Shown: positions 1 to 9,082, counted from the first letter of the stretch. The stretch: DNA of 64,000 bases from an uncultured Candidatus Saccharibacteria bacterium (GCA_964512315.1 CAZEIK010000003.1:22548-86547), one strand, 5' to 3'. The notes: a model not told the origin generated them from the sequence alone. Made by a program: numbers and translations.

Positions 1-177
1 CCCCACATAAGGTAATAACGTTAACGCCTTCTCACGCGAACCAACAATCTGAGCGATGAATCCAATAAGAAAGTCCACTAGCATCTCAGCTAAGCTTTGG
101 AAAAACCCAGGCAGAAGCTTAAATTTGTTAACTTTGAAGGCTAAGAAAATAAAAACAATCAAAGCAAAAAAGGCCAT
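1..177 (-). CDS. atpB: F0F1 ATP synthase subunit a. N-terminal fragment; the gene continues beyond the window start.
   Basis: Minus-strand translation from the ATG at 177 gives MAFFALIVFIFLAFKVNKFKLLPGFFQSLAEMLVDFLIGFIAQIVGSREKALTLLPYVG, the typical a-subunit N-terminus. The reading frame is open to position 1. Confidence 0.6.
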   Translation of the reverse strand, partial: MAFFALIVFIFLAFKVNKFKLLPGFFQSLAEMLVDFLIGFIAQIVGSREKALTLLPYVG

Positions 178-320
178 CATTGTAGAAGATGTTATTGTAA
201 AAGGACCAAAAGAAAAAAGTTCATGTGGGTGTATGCTAGGTATATCTTCTCTAACGTGTAATAATTCAGCAAATTTTTCCATAAATCGTCAAATATTATA
301 TCAAAAAGTAAGCGTTTTCG

Positions 321-887
321 CTAATCCATCTTAAATGTAGTCCTGTCTCTAAATTTGAAATAAAGAAATGTTCCATAAGCTACTGTAAATATAGCAATAG
401 CCGCCTTATATTCTACCCAGACAGATGGATGGAAATTTCTTCTAACTATTTCGTTGAATATGCCGAAGATTAAAAATATAAATCCCCAACTATATGAGAG
501 TTTAATCCATGTCTCATTATCTAATATAAATATATGAGAAAACATTTTTTTAATAATAGGCTTCTTAAAATAAGCTGACATTACTATGCTTCCGCCGAGT
601 ACAAAATCATACAATGTATCTCTTATTTGTAAAAAGTTTGGGTTGTGGAACTTGATAGTTAGCCAACCGAATAGCGTAGTCTCGAAGCATATTAATAATG
701 CTAAATATGGGATTCTTTTGTCTTTTAATACTACATAAATTGTAAAAATAATAGTTAGCCCTACTAATATGGCTGTAGATCGGTAAAAGTTGTGCCATAT
801 TTCAAAACTAATTAGAAAGGCCACTATTGGTATGAATTCGAAAAAAATTTTACCTAAAAGTCGTGCATAGCCAATTATTTTTTTCAT
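321..887 (-). CDS. yciB: Intracellular septation protein A family (YciB-like) inner membrane protein.
   Basis: 188 aa polytopic membrane protein. Motif layout (FxEFIPIVAF..., HNPNFLQIRDT, KKPIIKKM) resembles YciB/IspZ. Confidence 0.5.
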   Translation of the reverse strand: MKKIIGYARLLGKIFFEFIPIVAFLISFEIWHNFYRSTAILVGLTIIFTIYVVLKDKRIPYLALLICFETTLFGWLTIKFHNPNFLQIRDTLYDFVLGGSIVMSAYFKKPIIKKMFSHIFILDNETWIKLSYSWGFIFLIFGIFNEIVRRNFHPSVWVEYKAAIAIFTVAYGTFLYFKFRDRTTFKMD

Positions 888-911
888 TGAAATTCTAGTA
901 TACTAAAGAGC

Positions 912-1643
912 ATGGAAAAACACGAACACAATACACATATTAAAAATTCACCATACATAGGAATTGTTATTGCAGCCACAATAATCGGCATATTCATATT
1001 GGCTTCTGCATTCGTTTTAAGAGGTTCAGCTGGTAGCAACTCTGAATTTGTTGATCCGGATAAGATATTCATGGGTCGCGATTTTAAGAATGATGAATTC
1101 ACTTATGGATCTAATAAGAATAAAGTTATATTCTTACAATACTCTGATACTGAGTGTCCATTTTGTAAAAAGTTCCATGAAGAGGTTATCTCTAAGCTAG
1201 AGGGAGATGCTAAGTATTCAAGTATTGCTATGGCTTATCGTCACTATCCGTTACCATTCCATACAAAGGCCCCGAAAGAGTCAGAAGCTACACTTTGTGC
1301 TCGTGAATTAGGCGGTCAAGATGGATACAGGAAATACATAGACGCAATATTTACTAAGACACCAGCTAATAATGGTTTAGATGAAGCTGAGCTACCTAAA
1401 ATAGCAACTTCTGTTGGTTTAGATACAACAAAGTTCACAGAGTGTTTGTCTAGTGGTAAATATGCCCAAGCTGTACAAGATGACTTGTCTGACGGTAACT
1501 CAGTTGGTGTAACTGGTACACCACACAGTATGGTCTTGGTCAAAACTGACAACGGTTATCGTATTATCGCTCGTGTTGAAGGAGCTCGTGATTACAAATA
1601 CGTGACAGCAGTACTCGATCAAGTTCTTAAAATGGTTAAATAA
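912..1643 (+). CDS. DsbA-family thiol:disulfide oxidoreductase (thioredoxin fold), membrane anchored.
   Basis: N-terminal TM helix, CPFC active-site motif, overall DsbA-like architecture. Confidence 0.7.
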   Translation: MEKHEHNTHIKNSPYIGIVIAATIIGIFILASAFVLRGSAGSNSEFVDPDKIFMGRDFKNDEFTYGSNKNKVIFLQYSDTECPFCKKFHEEVISKLEGDAKYSSIAMAYRHYPLPFHTKAPKESEATLCARELGGQDGYRKYIDAIFTKTPANNGLDEAELPKIATSVGLDTTKFTECLSSGKYAQAVQDDLSDGNSVGVTGTPHSMVLVKTDNGYRIIARVEGARDYKYVTAVLDQVLKMVK

Positions 1644-1656
1644 GTTATTAGATAAA

Positions 1657-1700
1657 AGGTAGCAATAAAACAAGAGCCGCCCCGAAGGGGTGGCTCTTGT
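1657..1700. terminator. Bidirectional intrinsic terminator between the convergent dsbA-like gene and the suf cluster end.
   Basis: Hairpin caagagccgccccgaaggggtggctcttg flanked by A-tract and T-tract. Confidence 0.7.
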
Positions 1701-1728
1701 TTTATTTTTAAATTTTTATATCTAGAAA

Positions 1729-2037
1729 CTATAACCCCATTTCTAATTTTAAGTCCTCAGGCGCCTCCCATGGTGGATCAAATGTTAATTCAACTTGGCA
1801 TTCACCTTTACCTAGATTGTTCACATTGTTCTCAACATCTTCTATCAAAGTATCCACAAAAGGACACATCGGGCTTGTGAGAGTCATGGTCACTCTGATG
1901 TACTCATGCACACCTAACTCTTCGAAATATTCTCCTATTTCTATATTACGAATAAGGCCAAGCTTGACTATGTCATATCCAAGTTCTGGGTCTAATACTT
2001 TTTTTAATGCCCCTGTAATTATTTCTTTATTGAGCAT
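1729..2037 (-). CDS. DUF59 / SufT-like (MIP18 family) Fe-S cluster assembly protein.
   Basis: 102 aa. Conserved DP-x-Y-DIV-LGLI and MTLTSPMCP motifs. Last gene of the suf cluster; overlaps sufC. Confidence 0.75.
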   Translation of the reverse strand: MLNKEIITGALKKVLDPELGYDIVKLGLIRNIEIGEYFEELGVHEYIRVTMTLTSPMCPFVDTLIEDVENNVNNLGKGECQVELTFDPPWEAPEDLKLEMGL

Positions 2038-2693
2038 ACGCCGTTTTCTATTTTATATATTCTGTTTATGTTTAGCTTTTCGGCTTCTTTTGAGTGACTG
2101 ATTAGCGCAACAGCAGATCCTATTGATCTCATGTGCTCTATAACTTTATACACCTTTTCTATCGCAACCTTGTCCACACCGCTATCCGGCTCATCCAAGA
2201 ATATGTATTTTGGCTTCAGAGCTAATATATGTATCAGATCTGCTTGCTTTTTCTCTCCACCCGAGAAGCCGACATTTAGGTCTCTTGTTAGAAGATCTGT
2301 ATCTAATCCAAACATCTCACACTCTTTTATAAGTGAGTCTTTGAAGTCTTTGGCTGATAAGTTATTATTCTCATTTATGTTTTTATAAGCCTTATAAAGT
2401 AGTGACAGTGTGCTGATACCTTCTATTTCTGGAACATTTTGTAAACCCAAGTACATACCCATCTTAGCCATCGCCTCTACGCCTGCATTTGTTATGTCTT
2501 CGTTATCTAGGATTATTTGTCCTGATGATATTTTATAGCCTGGGTATTTGAATATGCCACGCATAAGAGATGATTTACCACTACCATTTTCTCCTTCTAT
2601 CAGAATCAGTTCACCAGAAGATATTTCTAAATTAGCCTCTTTTATCAGCTCCATCTCTTCCAGATTCACATTTAAATTATTTATTTTTAGCAT
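2019..2693 (-). CDS. sufC: Fe-S cluster assembly ATPase SufC.
   Basis: Walker A GENGSGKSSL, ABC signature FSGGEKK, Walker B ILDEPDSG. Confidence 0.9.
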   Translation of the reverse strand: MLKINNLNVNLEEMELIKEANLEISSGELILIEGENGSGKSSLMRGIFKYPGYKISSGQIILDNEDITNAGVEAMAKMGMYLGLQNVPEIEGISTLSLLYKAYKNINENNNLSAKDFKDSLIKECEMFGLDTDLLTRDLNVGFSGGEKKQADLIHILALKPKYIFLDEPDSGVDKVAIEKVYKVIEHMRSIGSAVALISHSKEAEKLNINRIYKIENGVCSIKK

Positions 2694-3054
2694 AATCTTT
2701 TAAGGCTTCTTCGAGGGCATTATAACATAGCAAGGCGCACGCTGCTCTACTTGGTGTTATCTGTACTCCTAACATTTTATAAATATCGCCCGGCATCATA
2801 TTCTTAGCAGTTTCAACCTTTTTGTTAAGTAACTCATCAGTTATCATGCTCATGCCAGCTTGAGATATAGCACAACCCTCACCTACGAATGTGGCTTTGT
2901 TTATGATCTCGCTCTCAATATTCAAATACAATGTCCCATTGTCACCACAAGAAGGATTCTTGCCATATCCAACACAAGAACAAGGGTTAAGTATTTCCTT
3001 GTTATGTGGATTCCTGGCGTGATCCAATATATTGTCCAAATAAAGCTCATCCAT
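2677..3054 (-). CDS. sufU: SufU/IscU-like Fe-S scaffold (NifU N-terminal type).
   Basis: 125 aa with conserved NPxCGD...GxGC...Ala-Cys scaffold cysteines. Confidence 0.8.
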   Translation of the reverse strand: MDELYLDNILDHARNPHNKEILNPCSCVGYGKNPSCGDNGTLYLNIESEIINKATFVGEGCAISQAGMSMITDELLNKKVETAKNMMPGDIYKMLGVQITPSRAACALLCYNALEEALKDYAKNK

Positions 3055-3055
3055 A

Positions 3056-4252
3056 TTATTTTAAAGTCTTAATAGCAACCTTTAGAGCCTCAATAAAACT
3101 ATCTATGTCTTGTTTGGTGTTATAAAAATAAAAACTGACCCTTGATAATGCATTAACTTTGAGGTGTTGCATTGCTAATTGCGCACAATGATGTCCAGCG
3201 CGCATAGCTATTTCGTGCCTGCCTAATATTTCAGCAATATCATGCGGATGTATACCACTTACTGAGAAGCTTACAATACCTACATTATTATTAATATTTG
3301 AATGCACTTGTACATCATCTAATTCTGATAATTTACTTATTGCATATTCTACTAAGTCTGCAATATGACTATTCTGACTTAGTATATTATTATCTTGAAT
3401 GTATTTGATAGCCGCTGCAAAGCCTATCACTTCTGCTATGCCGGCAGTACCAGCTTCATGGGCGCGCACGTCACTTCTGTAGCTACTTTCTGCCTCATTC
3501 ACCTCCCAGACCATACCGCCACCAAAAGTAACAGGTCTAAGGTTACGCAATAGATTACGCTTGATTATGAGCGCTCCCACGCCAGTTGGTCCACACATTT
3601 TGTGTGCAGACATATACACAGCATCCAGGTTAATATGTTTAAAATTAATATCGATATGTCCGGACGCTGCTGTAGCATCAGATATTATATATGCTCCAAA
3701 AGCTTTAGCTTTTTCAGCTAACTTTGCCACATCAAATATTTCTCCGGTCACATTACTAGCAATTGGGCAGCTAACGATAAAAGTGTCGCCATCTATCAGT
3801 TGCTCCATCTCTTCAAAAGTGTGAGCAGAAATAGTCAAGTTATTCCTTTTCGCTAGCTCTTGTAAAGGTACAAGATCTGAGTGATGTGCGAATTTTGAAA
3901 CTAATATTTTATTTTTGTTCGGAGTAACAAGTTGTTCTAGCATTCTGACTAGCTTATTACTTCCATCGGTTGACCCAGAAGTGAAAATAACTTCACCTAC
4001 TTCTGAGTTGAAAAACTTTGCTACAACTTCTCTCGCTTCATTGTATTTGCCTGTCGCAGTGGCAGCGCTTTTGTATAGGCCTCTATCTATATTAGACCTG
4101 TATTTAAAGTAATACTCATTCATTGTATTTACTACAATATCTGGAGTAAGTGATGATGCAGCTGTGTCCAAATACACGAGATCCTTCCCGTGTTCATCTT
4201 TATAATTAGCAAATATAGAAAAGTCTTCTCTATTCATCTTTAATATTGACAT
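3056..4252 (-). CDS. sufS: Cysteine desulfurase SufS (class V aminotransferase).
   Basis: 398 aa. PLP lysine region SAHKMCGPTGVGAL and C-terminal active Cys (HHCA). Confidence 0.9.
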   Translation of the reverse strand: MSILKMNREDFSIFANYKDEHGKDLVYLDTAASSLTPDIVVNTMNEYYFKYRSNIDRGLYKSAATATGKYNEAREVVAKFFNSEVGEVIFTSGSTDGSNKLVRMLEQLVTPNKNKILVSKFAHHSDLVPLQELAKRNNLTISAHTFEEMEQLIDGDTFIVSCPIASNVTGEIFDVAKLAEKAKAFGAYIISDATAASGHIDINFKHINLDAVYMSAHKMCGPTGVGALIIKRNLLRNLRPVTFGGGMVWEVNEAESSYRSDVRAHEAGTAGIAEVIGFAAAIKYIQDNNILSQNSHIADLVEYAISKLSELDDVQVHSNINNNVGIVSFSVSGIHPHDIAEILGRHEIAMRAGHHCAQLAMQHLKVNALSRVSFYFYNTKQDIDSFIEALKVAIKTLK

Positions 4253-4272
4253 TATATCACAACTGTTTTACT

Positions 4273-4866
4273 TTAACAATTAAGAAATCCAGCAACTAAT
4301 TCTGATTTTGCCTCTTCCTCGCTGAATCCATGTAACTTGGCATAAAAGACCTTTTCTTCATTTACACCACCTATTGATACCGCATGCGTAGTTGGGAATG
4401 TGTCGCTCTCAATATCAAGACTTGGCTCGGCATCTATTTCTGATGTGTTGTCTAATATAATAAATTTAGCTGATTGCTTGCCTTCACCTGTTGAGTCTTG
4501 TTTTGCTGCCAGTGAGCTGCGATATATTATTCTGCCTCCATTTTCTGCTACTCCACGAGATTCGATATGGCTACTAACATTTTTATTATTTGAAATGATT
4601 TGATGATATACATCACCCACTTCACCGCTTCCCATTTTTCCTGTAGCTTTGATTTTTATCTCTATGTCACTAGCTTCTGATTCGCAAACAATAGATACTA
4701 AGCCGTTAACAATATTGTGATGCACATATGTGTCATCGTTACAGAAAATACGATACCTGCCAGGGTCGGTTATTACTATGTCTCCATTGCCACGAATTAT
4801 CTTTTCTTCTTGTGTGGCATAAGGACTTTCAACTTTTAATCCATACTTTTGCATTATTATTGACAT
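4273..4866 (-). CDS. sufD: SufD-like protein, C-terminal half only (SufBD beta-helix and C-terminal helices).
   Basis: 197 aa. Ends with the SufB/D family C-terminus (FYAKLHGFSEEEAKSELVAGF). A stop codon lies immediately upstream in frame. Confidence 0.7.
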   Translation of the reverse strand: MSIIMQKYGLKVESPYATQEEKIIRGNGDIVITDPGRYRIFCNDDTYVHHNIVNGLVSIVCESEASDIEIKIKATGKMGSGEVGDVYHQIISNNKNVSSHIESRGVAENGGRIIYRSSLAAKQDSTGEGKQSAKFIILDNTSEIDAEPSLDIESDTFPTTHAVSIGGVNEEKVFYAKLHGFSEEEAKSELVAGFLNC

Positions 4867-4932
4867 TATAACATACTAGTTGTAGTATTAAAAGTAGGCA
4901 TAGCAACAATCAACCAAGATTGAGGAGTTCTC

Positions 4933-5160
4933 ATGGCTAAAATGTTTTACAGAATTCATCCGGGCACTGTTTTGACTCCCGGGTGTACGCTGTCGCGAAG
5001 CATGCGACCAGACCTTGATGAGACGCTTACATTTGTAGAGCGGTCATTTTTCGATGACGAAGAGCATTACGGCGACCCTTGTTACGTTTGTAAAGATCAC
5101 CTCGGACACACTGAGGCTGTGTCGCAAGAACAAATTCTGAAAATGTACTTCTCTGCTTAG
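4933..5160 (+). CDS. Orphan 75-aa protein in a compositionally foreign cassette (about 50% GC).
   Basis: Strong ribosome-binding site (GAGGAG-N6-ATG) and its own terminator. Opposite strand to the suf genes. No recognisable domain. Confidence 0.5.
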   Translation: MAKMFYRIHPGTVLTPGCTLSRSMRPDLDETLTFVERSFFDDEEHYGDPCYVCKDHLGHTEAVSQEQILKMYFSA

Positions 5161-5179
5161 TTCTGGCTACACATCCCCG

Positions 5180-5207
5180 AAAGCCACTGCGGTGGCTTTT
5201 TGTTTTG
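5180..5207 (+). terminator. Intrinsic terminator.
   Basis: Hairpin AGCCAC-tgcg-GTGGCT followed by TTTTTGTTTTGG. Confidence 0.7.
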
Positions 5208-5256
5208 GTTTGGTGTAGGATAAAATCTGGCTCAAACTACCAAAAAGGAGACTAAG

Positions 5257-5688
5257 ATGTCATTTGTTTTTGACCCTAGGATTAACCCCACTGCACCACT
5301 GGACCCAAATGACCCAGCACCAACTCACTGGGTCGATATCGAAACCTCAGACTATCGTGCCGCTCTGTTTGGTTTCGCTAGTGAAACCTTCGAAGGGTGT
5401 TCCAGGTGGGAGGTGCGTGAGTTGCGCCGTTGGCGTGCACTAAACCCTAAAACGCTCGAAGGCTTCACTACTAACACACTCTGGGAATCGATACCTGGAA
5501 TGGGTGGTAGCCTGAATAATCTAGAGTTGGTTGATGTCCAACAAGAACCTTTCTATGATGAAGACGGTGCATCTTTGCGCCTGATGCTGTATTTCGTGAC
5601 AAGCGAGTACGGTAAGCTGATCAAGATTCCTGCATTTGGCTTCAGGACGAAGTATCGCGAAAAAGAAAAACCGGATATTGTGTCTTAG
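5257..5688 (+). CDS. Orphan 143-aa protein in the same foreign cassette.
   Basis: Ribosome-binding site AAGGAG-N7-ATG, about 50% GC. Its stop overlaps the sufB stop in convergent orientation. Confidence 0.5.
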   Translation: MSFVFDPRINPTAPLDPNDPAPTHWVDIETSDYRAALFGFASETFEGCSRWEVRELRRWRALNPKTLEGFTTNTLWESIPGMGGSLNNLELVDVQQEPFYDEDGASLRLMLYFVTSEYGKLIKIPAFGFRTKYREKEKPDIVS

Positions 5689-7007
5689 CTCATCTCTAGC
5701 TCGACGAGTCTATTGAACTCGACGGCGTATTCTAGGGGAAGTGCACGGATGATGTCTCCGACGAATCCGCCCACTATGATGCGATAAGCGTTATCCTTGC
5801 TGAATCCGTGCCCCATGAGGTAGTGCAGCTCCTCATCACCTATCTTGCCGACAGTCGCCTCATGTGTGACGTCGGCATTTTTATTTTGTATTTTATTCAT
5901 CGGCCAAGTATTAGATACTGACTTATTATCAAGAATTAGTGCGTCACAACCAACAAATGACTTGGTATTCTCGGCTGACTTACCAACTTGAACAAAGCCG
6001 CGATAATTAGACACCCCACCATCCTTGGACACACTTTTGCTTCTTATTATTGATCTCGTATTTTTACCCAGATGTATTACTTTACTTCCTGTATCTTGAT
6101 CTTGATTCTCTCCTGCGAATACTATACCCATAGACTCACTACGACTGTAGTCGCCAAGTAGTACTGATGTTGGATATAACATAGTCACAGCAGACCCCAT
6201 GTTACCGTTCACCCAATTGATCTCACCATTTTTATAGACCAAAGCCTTCTTGGTGTTGAGGTTATAAGTGTTCTTGCTCCAATTCTCAACGCTGATGTAT
6301 TTTGCTTTTGCATTTTCCATTACTATAACTTCAACGCATCCAGCGTGTAGGCTACTAGCTGTGTATTTTGGTGCACTGCAACCTTCTATGTATTCAACAG
6401 TTGCGCCATTTTCTACAATTATCAAAGTGTGTTCAAATTGTCCTGCACTAGGAGCATTCATGCGAAAGTAGGCTTGTAACGGCATTGTAACTTTTACACC
6501 CTCTGGAACATATATAAAAGTCCCACCACTCCATACAGCGCCATGCAATGCTGTAAAAGTGTGATCCTTGGCTGGCACACAGTCAGTCATGAAATATTTC
6601 TTAACCAGGTCAGGATACTTTTGTACAGCCACATCCATGTTCTCAAATATAACTCCTTGCTTAGCTAATGTGTCTTTGATTCTGTGATATACAACACCTG
6701 AGTCATACTGCGCACCTACACCACCCAGGTACTCCCTTTCAGCTTTTGGTATACCAAGCTTTTCAAATGTATCAGTTATCTCTTGGGGCAGCTCTGCCCA
6801 ACTTTTCTTTTCGTCTACAGACGGGTCAATGTAATAGTTAATTTTGTCTAATTCTAATTTAGATAGATCCGGCCCCCAAGTGGGAATTTTGGAAGACTCA
6901 AAAATAGCAAGAGCCTCTAATCTCTTTTGTAGCATCCACTCAGGCTCATTTTTTGAAGTGCTGATTTTCCTTACTAGCTCCTCAGTGATAATTCCTTTTA
7001 AAGGCAT
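5685..7007 (-). CDS. sufB: Fe-S cluster assembly protein SufB.
   Basis: 440 aa with high similarity to SufB along its full length. The 3' about 200 nt are unusually GC-rich (about 55%). Confidence 0.9.
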   Translation of the reverse strand: MPLKGIITEELVRKISTSKNEPEWMLQKRLEALAIFESSKIPTWGPDLSKLELDKINYYIDPSVDEKKSWAELPQEITDTFEKLGIPKAEREYLGGVGAQYDSGVVYHRIKDTLAKQGVIFENMDVAVQKYPDLVKKYFMTDCVPAKDHTFTALHGAVWSGGTFIYVPEGVKVTMPLQAYFRMNAPSAGQFEHTLIIVENGATVEYIEGCSAPKYTASSLHAGCVEVIVMENAKAKYISVENWSKNTYNLNTKKALVYKNGEINWVNGNMGSAVTMLYPTSVLLGDYSRSESMGIVFAGENQDQDTGSKVIHLGKNTRSIIRSKSVSKDGGVSNYRGFVQVGKSAENTKSFVGCDALILDNKSVSNTWPMNKIQNKNADVTHEATVGKIGDEELHYLMGHGFSKDNAYRIIVGGFVGDIIRALPLEYAVEFNRLVELEMS

Positions 7008-7033
7008 AAATAGAATTATAATTTACCACAAAA

Positions 7034-7047
7034 GTACAGTATTGTAC
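7034..7047. promoter_or_regulatory. Perfect inverted repeat GTACA-gtat-TGTAC between the fur-family gene and sufB. Candidate operator.
   Basis: Seen directly: gtacagtattgtac, 27 nt upstream of the sufB ATG. Confidence 0.3.
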
Positions 7048-7050
7048 AGA

Positions 7051-7485
7051 TTAAGAACAATTCTTACAGATACTATAAATATACACAGCAGCACTGTTGC
7101 CACCTTTGAATTTTTTTGTTCTACGTATAATCTTTTTTACTTGATCTGAAATATATTTCTCTGGAAAGCTTTCTACACTACCACAAACCTGACATATAAT
7201 CTGACTTTTTGGTGTGTGAGTCGATATTTCATAAGTAAAAGAGTTGCCAGCATGTGTATATTTTCTTATTGCGCCAACCAGTTCTAAAGTTTTTAAATTC
7301 CTATATATTGTTGCCTGATCTATATCTTTTTGAACAGCAAGAGAAGCCGTTAGCTTTTGTGCTGAGACGGGAGTTTTTGACTTCGCAATATAAGTAAGAA
7401 TAAGAATCCTGTGATCAGTAACTTTCAAAGAGTGCTCTTTTATATAGTTTTTAATTTCTTCTTTTTTTAGCAAAGTAGTCATCAT
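7051..7485 (-). CDS. Fur-family metalloregulator (Fur/PerR/Zur type).
   Basis: 144 aa. N-terminal winged-helix region (TDHRILIL...IYRNLKTLELVG) and C-terminal CxxC...CxxC metal site (CQVCG, CKNC). Confidence 0.75.
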   Translation of the reverse strand: MMTTLLKKEEIKNYIKEHSLKVTDHRILILTYIAKSKTPVSAQKLTASLAVQKDIDQATIYRNLKTLELVGAIRKYTHAGNSFTYEISTHTPKSQIICQVCGSVESFPEKYISDQVKKIIRRTKKFKGGNSAAVYIYSICKNCS

Positions 7486-7589
7486 CTTTAATTATATCAA
7501 ATATTAAAACTTTTATTTTTCGTGTTTTTCTGTTAGAGTTTTAGAGGAAATGGGCAATCCCGCCCAAGATACATAAAGAGGTAGTGTAA

Positions 7590-7952
7590 ATGAGTGATAG
7601 TCCTATCGACTATGTAGGCACTGTATTGCGTGCCAAAAGAGATGAAAATTCCCCCTGGGGTGTGCTATCTGGTACAACCCGCTACGGGCAACGCACGTTG
7701 ATCGAACCACAACAAGGTGGCTCTTACCTAATCATCGAGTGGCAAAACCACAGCTGGGAGACAAACGTCCTCAGCTCAGAAGATGAAGAAGTCATGCGGC
7801 TGCCAGAAGTCAGAATGGCTTTGCACTTGATTGCTACCGGTTACCAACATGTTCCTGCGGTAAAAGCTGGCGTGCACGCGATGTACACGAAACTTTCATG
7901 GATGAGAAACCAGTTCATTCCAAACGAAAACTGGCAGACAGCGAACTCGTAA
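7590..7952 (+). CDS. Orphan 120-aa protein in a compositionally foreign cassette.
   Basis: About 50% GC in a 35% GC background. Ribosome-binding site AGAGG. Followed by an intrinsic terminator. Confidence 0.5.
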   Translation: MSDSPIDYVGTVLRAKRDENSPWGVLSGTTRYGQRTLIEPQQGGSYLIIEWQNHSWETNVLSSEDEEVMRLPEVRMALHLIATGYQHVPAVKAGVHAMYTKLSWMRNQFIPNENWQTANS

Positions 7953-7973
7953 AGCTTCGCTGCCCGAGAAGAA

Positions 7974-8001
7974 GGTGCTCATCTGGAGCACCTTTTGTTT
8001 T
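7974..8001 (+). terminator. Intrinsic terminator.
   Basis: Hairpin GGTGCTC-atctg-GAGCACC followed by TTTTGTTTTG. Confidence 0.75.
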
Positions 8002-8020
8002 GTCTCAATATTCAAATTAA

Positions 8021-9082
8021 TTATAAAATTATTCCGCCACCTACCACTTCCCCGTCATCTCTGTAGAACACTGCGCTCTGGCCTGATACAACACCTTCTG
8101 CATCTGAGACTAATTCACATCTATTCTCTTTTTGATAGAGTTTGGCGTCGAATAATTTGCCACGATATCTAAATCTAACTTTTAACTTGCTGCCAGATCG
8201 CATATCAGACAACCAATTGGTCTGATCTAACTGAATAAGAGAAGATTTCTGTACCTGAGGAGGAGTATTAGAGACAATTATTCTATTGTATTCTGGTTGT
8301 TTCCTAATTACATAGAAGGCTTTGTCATGGTCAGTCTTTTTGTCTATTCTAAAGCCATGCCTCTCACCTATGGTGTATAGTTGTGATCCAAAATGTGTCC
8401 CCATAACTTCACCTTGCTCATTTACAACATCACCGGGCTGAAGATTAAGCTCTCTTATCAAGAAGTCTTTTACTGATATATCTCCTAGCATACATATGCC
8501 CTGACTATCCTTTTTCTCTGCAACAAACAGCTTCTTGTTTTTAGCTATTTGACGAACTTTATTTTTGTTAAATGCTCCAATTGGGAAAAGTATTTTAGGT
8601 AAAATCTTTTTATCTATTTGATATAAAAAGTAAGATTGATCTTTGTTTTTGTCTTTAGACTCATACAAAAATCCATCTCTAATTTGCGCATAATGACCAG
8701 TCGCAATAAAGTCTGCACCTTTTTGCATTGCAAAGTTATAGAATCCCCCAAACTTTATATATTTATTACAAAAAATATCTGGATTAGGTATTCTATTGTT
8801 CTTGTATTCATTTAAAAAGTAATCGATCACGTATTTCTTATACTCACTTTCTAAATCAAAAGTCAGAAAAGGTATATCCAGTTGGGCACAAACACGAAGA
8901 GCGTCCAATCTATCTTGCTTCCAAGTGCACTCAATGTATTCCGGTTGCCAAGTCTTTATAAAGACACCTGTCACGTCATAACCTTGCTTCTTAAGAAGAT
9001 AAAGTGACACTGCACTGTCTACCCCTCCTGAGAGGCCTACAAAGACTTTTTTATTTTTCTTTTTAAAAATATTTTTAAGCAT
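8021..9082 (-). CDS. mnmA: tRNA-specific 2-thiouridylase MnmA.
   Basis: PP-loop motif GLSGGVDSAV, catalytic Cys residues, 353 aa. Confidence 0.9.
   Translation of the reverse strand: MLKNIFKKKNKKVFVGLSGGVDSAVSLYLLKKQGYDVTGVFIKTWQPEYIECTWKQDRLDALRVCAQLDIPFLTFDLESEYKKYVIDYFLNEYKNNRIPNPDIFCNKYIKFGGFYNFAMQKGADFIATGHYAQIRDGFLYESKDKNKDQSYFLYQIDKKILPKILFPIGAFNKNKVRQIAKNKKLFVAEKKDSQGICMLGDISVKDFLIRELNLQPGDVVNEQGEVMGTHFGSQLYTIGERHGFRIDKKTDHDKAFYVIRKQPEYNRIIVSNTPPQVQKSSLIQLDQTNWLSDMRSGSKLKVRFRYRGKLFDAKLYQKENRCELVSDAEGVVSGQSAVFYRDDGEVVGGGIIL

Noticed and set aside
56-334. 92-aa K-rich plus-strand ORF at the window start.
   Set aside because: The opposite strand encodes a convincing atpB N-terminus, and this ORF overlaps the yciB-like gene. 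Judged spurious.
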